DNA from: Histomonas meleagridis 2922-C6/04-290x
Taxonomy: Eukaryota > Protista > Parabasalia
Length of the DNA: 64,000 nt
Reading direction: 5' to 3'
Assembly: GCA_020184695.1 (NCBI GenBank)
Contig: JAANOX010000153.1
Span: forward strand, 744,001-808,000
The notes below the pieces were generated by a model. The model was not told the origin of the DNA and did not search any database. It was given only the letters and a program-made list of their open reading frames with translations. Position numbers and translations under genes: made by a program. Positions 63,968 to 64,000 of the stretch are shown one piece after another. Within the stretch, counting starts at the first letter, position 1; each line of letters begins with the position of its first letter.

Positions 63968-64000
63968 TAATTGAGCTAAACGATGACTTTCAGATAAAAC

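Noticed and set aside
1-64000. tRNA, rRNA or snRNA genes
   Set aside because: No cloverleaf or conserved rRNA/snRNA motif recognised by eye; a covariance-model search would be needed to exclude small ncRNAs.

Overview
AT-rich eukaryotic contig from a parabasalid (trichomonad/tritrichomonad-like) protist. The assignment rests on almost intronless genes, Inr-like TCAYT/TCATT just before several ATGs, AAAGTGAC promoter motifs, TAAA stops, and typical families (DUF3447-ankyrin, BspA-like, Myb, LRR-PP2C, Kelch). Housekeeping genes: RhoGEF (partial), Myb, Cbf5/dyskerin, EMC2-like, ZNF277, LRR-PP2C, APC permease, Kelch, MOB1 (with a canonical 23-nt GT-AG intron), TFIIIC Tau95, Vps8-like, NIF phosphatase, PDI-like, class II nucleotidyltransferase and a HECT E3. 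There is also a bacterial-type arginase-fold gene, two BspA-like copies, a calmodulin pseudogene and five DUF3447/ankyrin loci. Main result: in all five ankyrin loci, every ankyrin repeat is interrupted at the same place, the D-x-x-G-x-T beta-hairpin. The interruption is a run of 17-nt non-GT-AG elements (consensus about RTT-TRTTTWAATNA-TTT) separated by single 3-nt codons. Removing each 17-mer in silico restores ankyrin repeats, mostly of canonical 33-34 aa length, with the last isolated codon usually Gly (e.g. KN-N-W-G-YTAL, KN-R-N-G-QTAL, KD-C-L-G-ETSL). This implies an unrecognised processing step (non-canonical micro-intron splicing with one-codon micro-exons, or another bypass mechanism). 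It is inferred from sequence only and needs RNA or protein evidence. All counts are hand counts.
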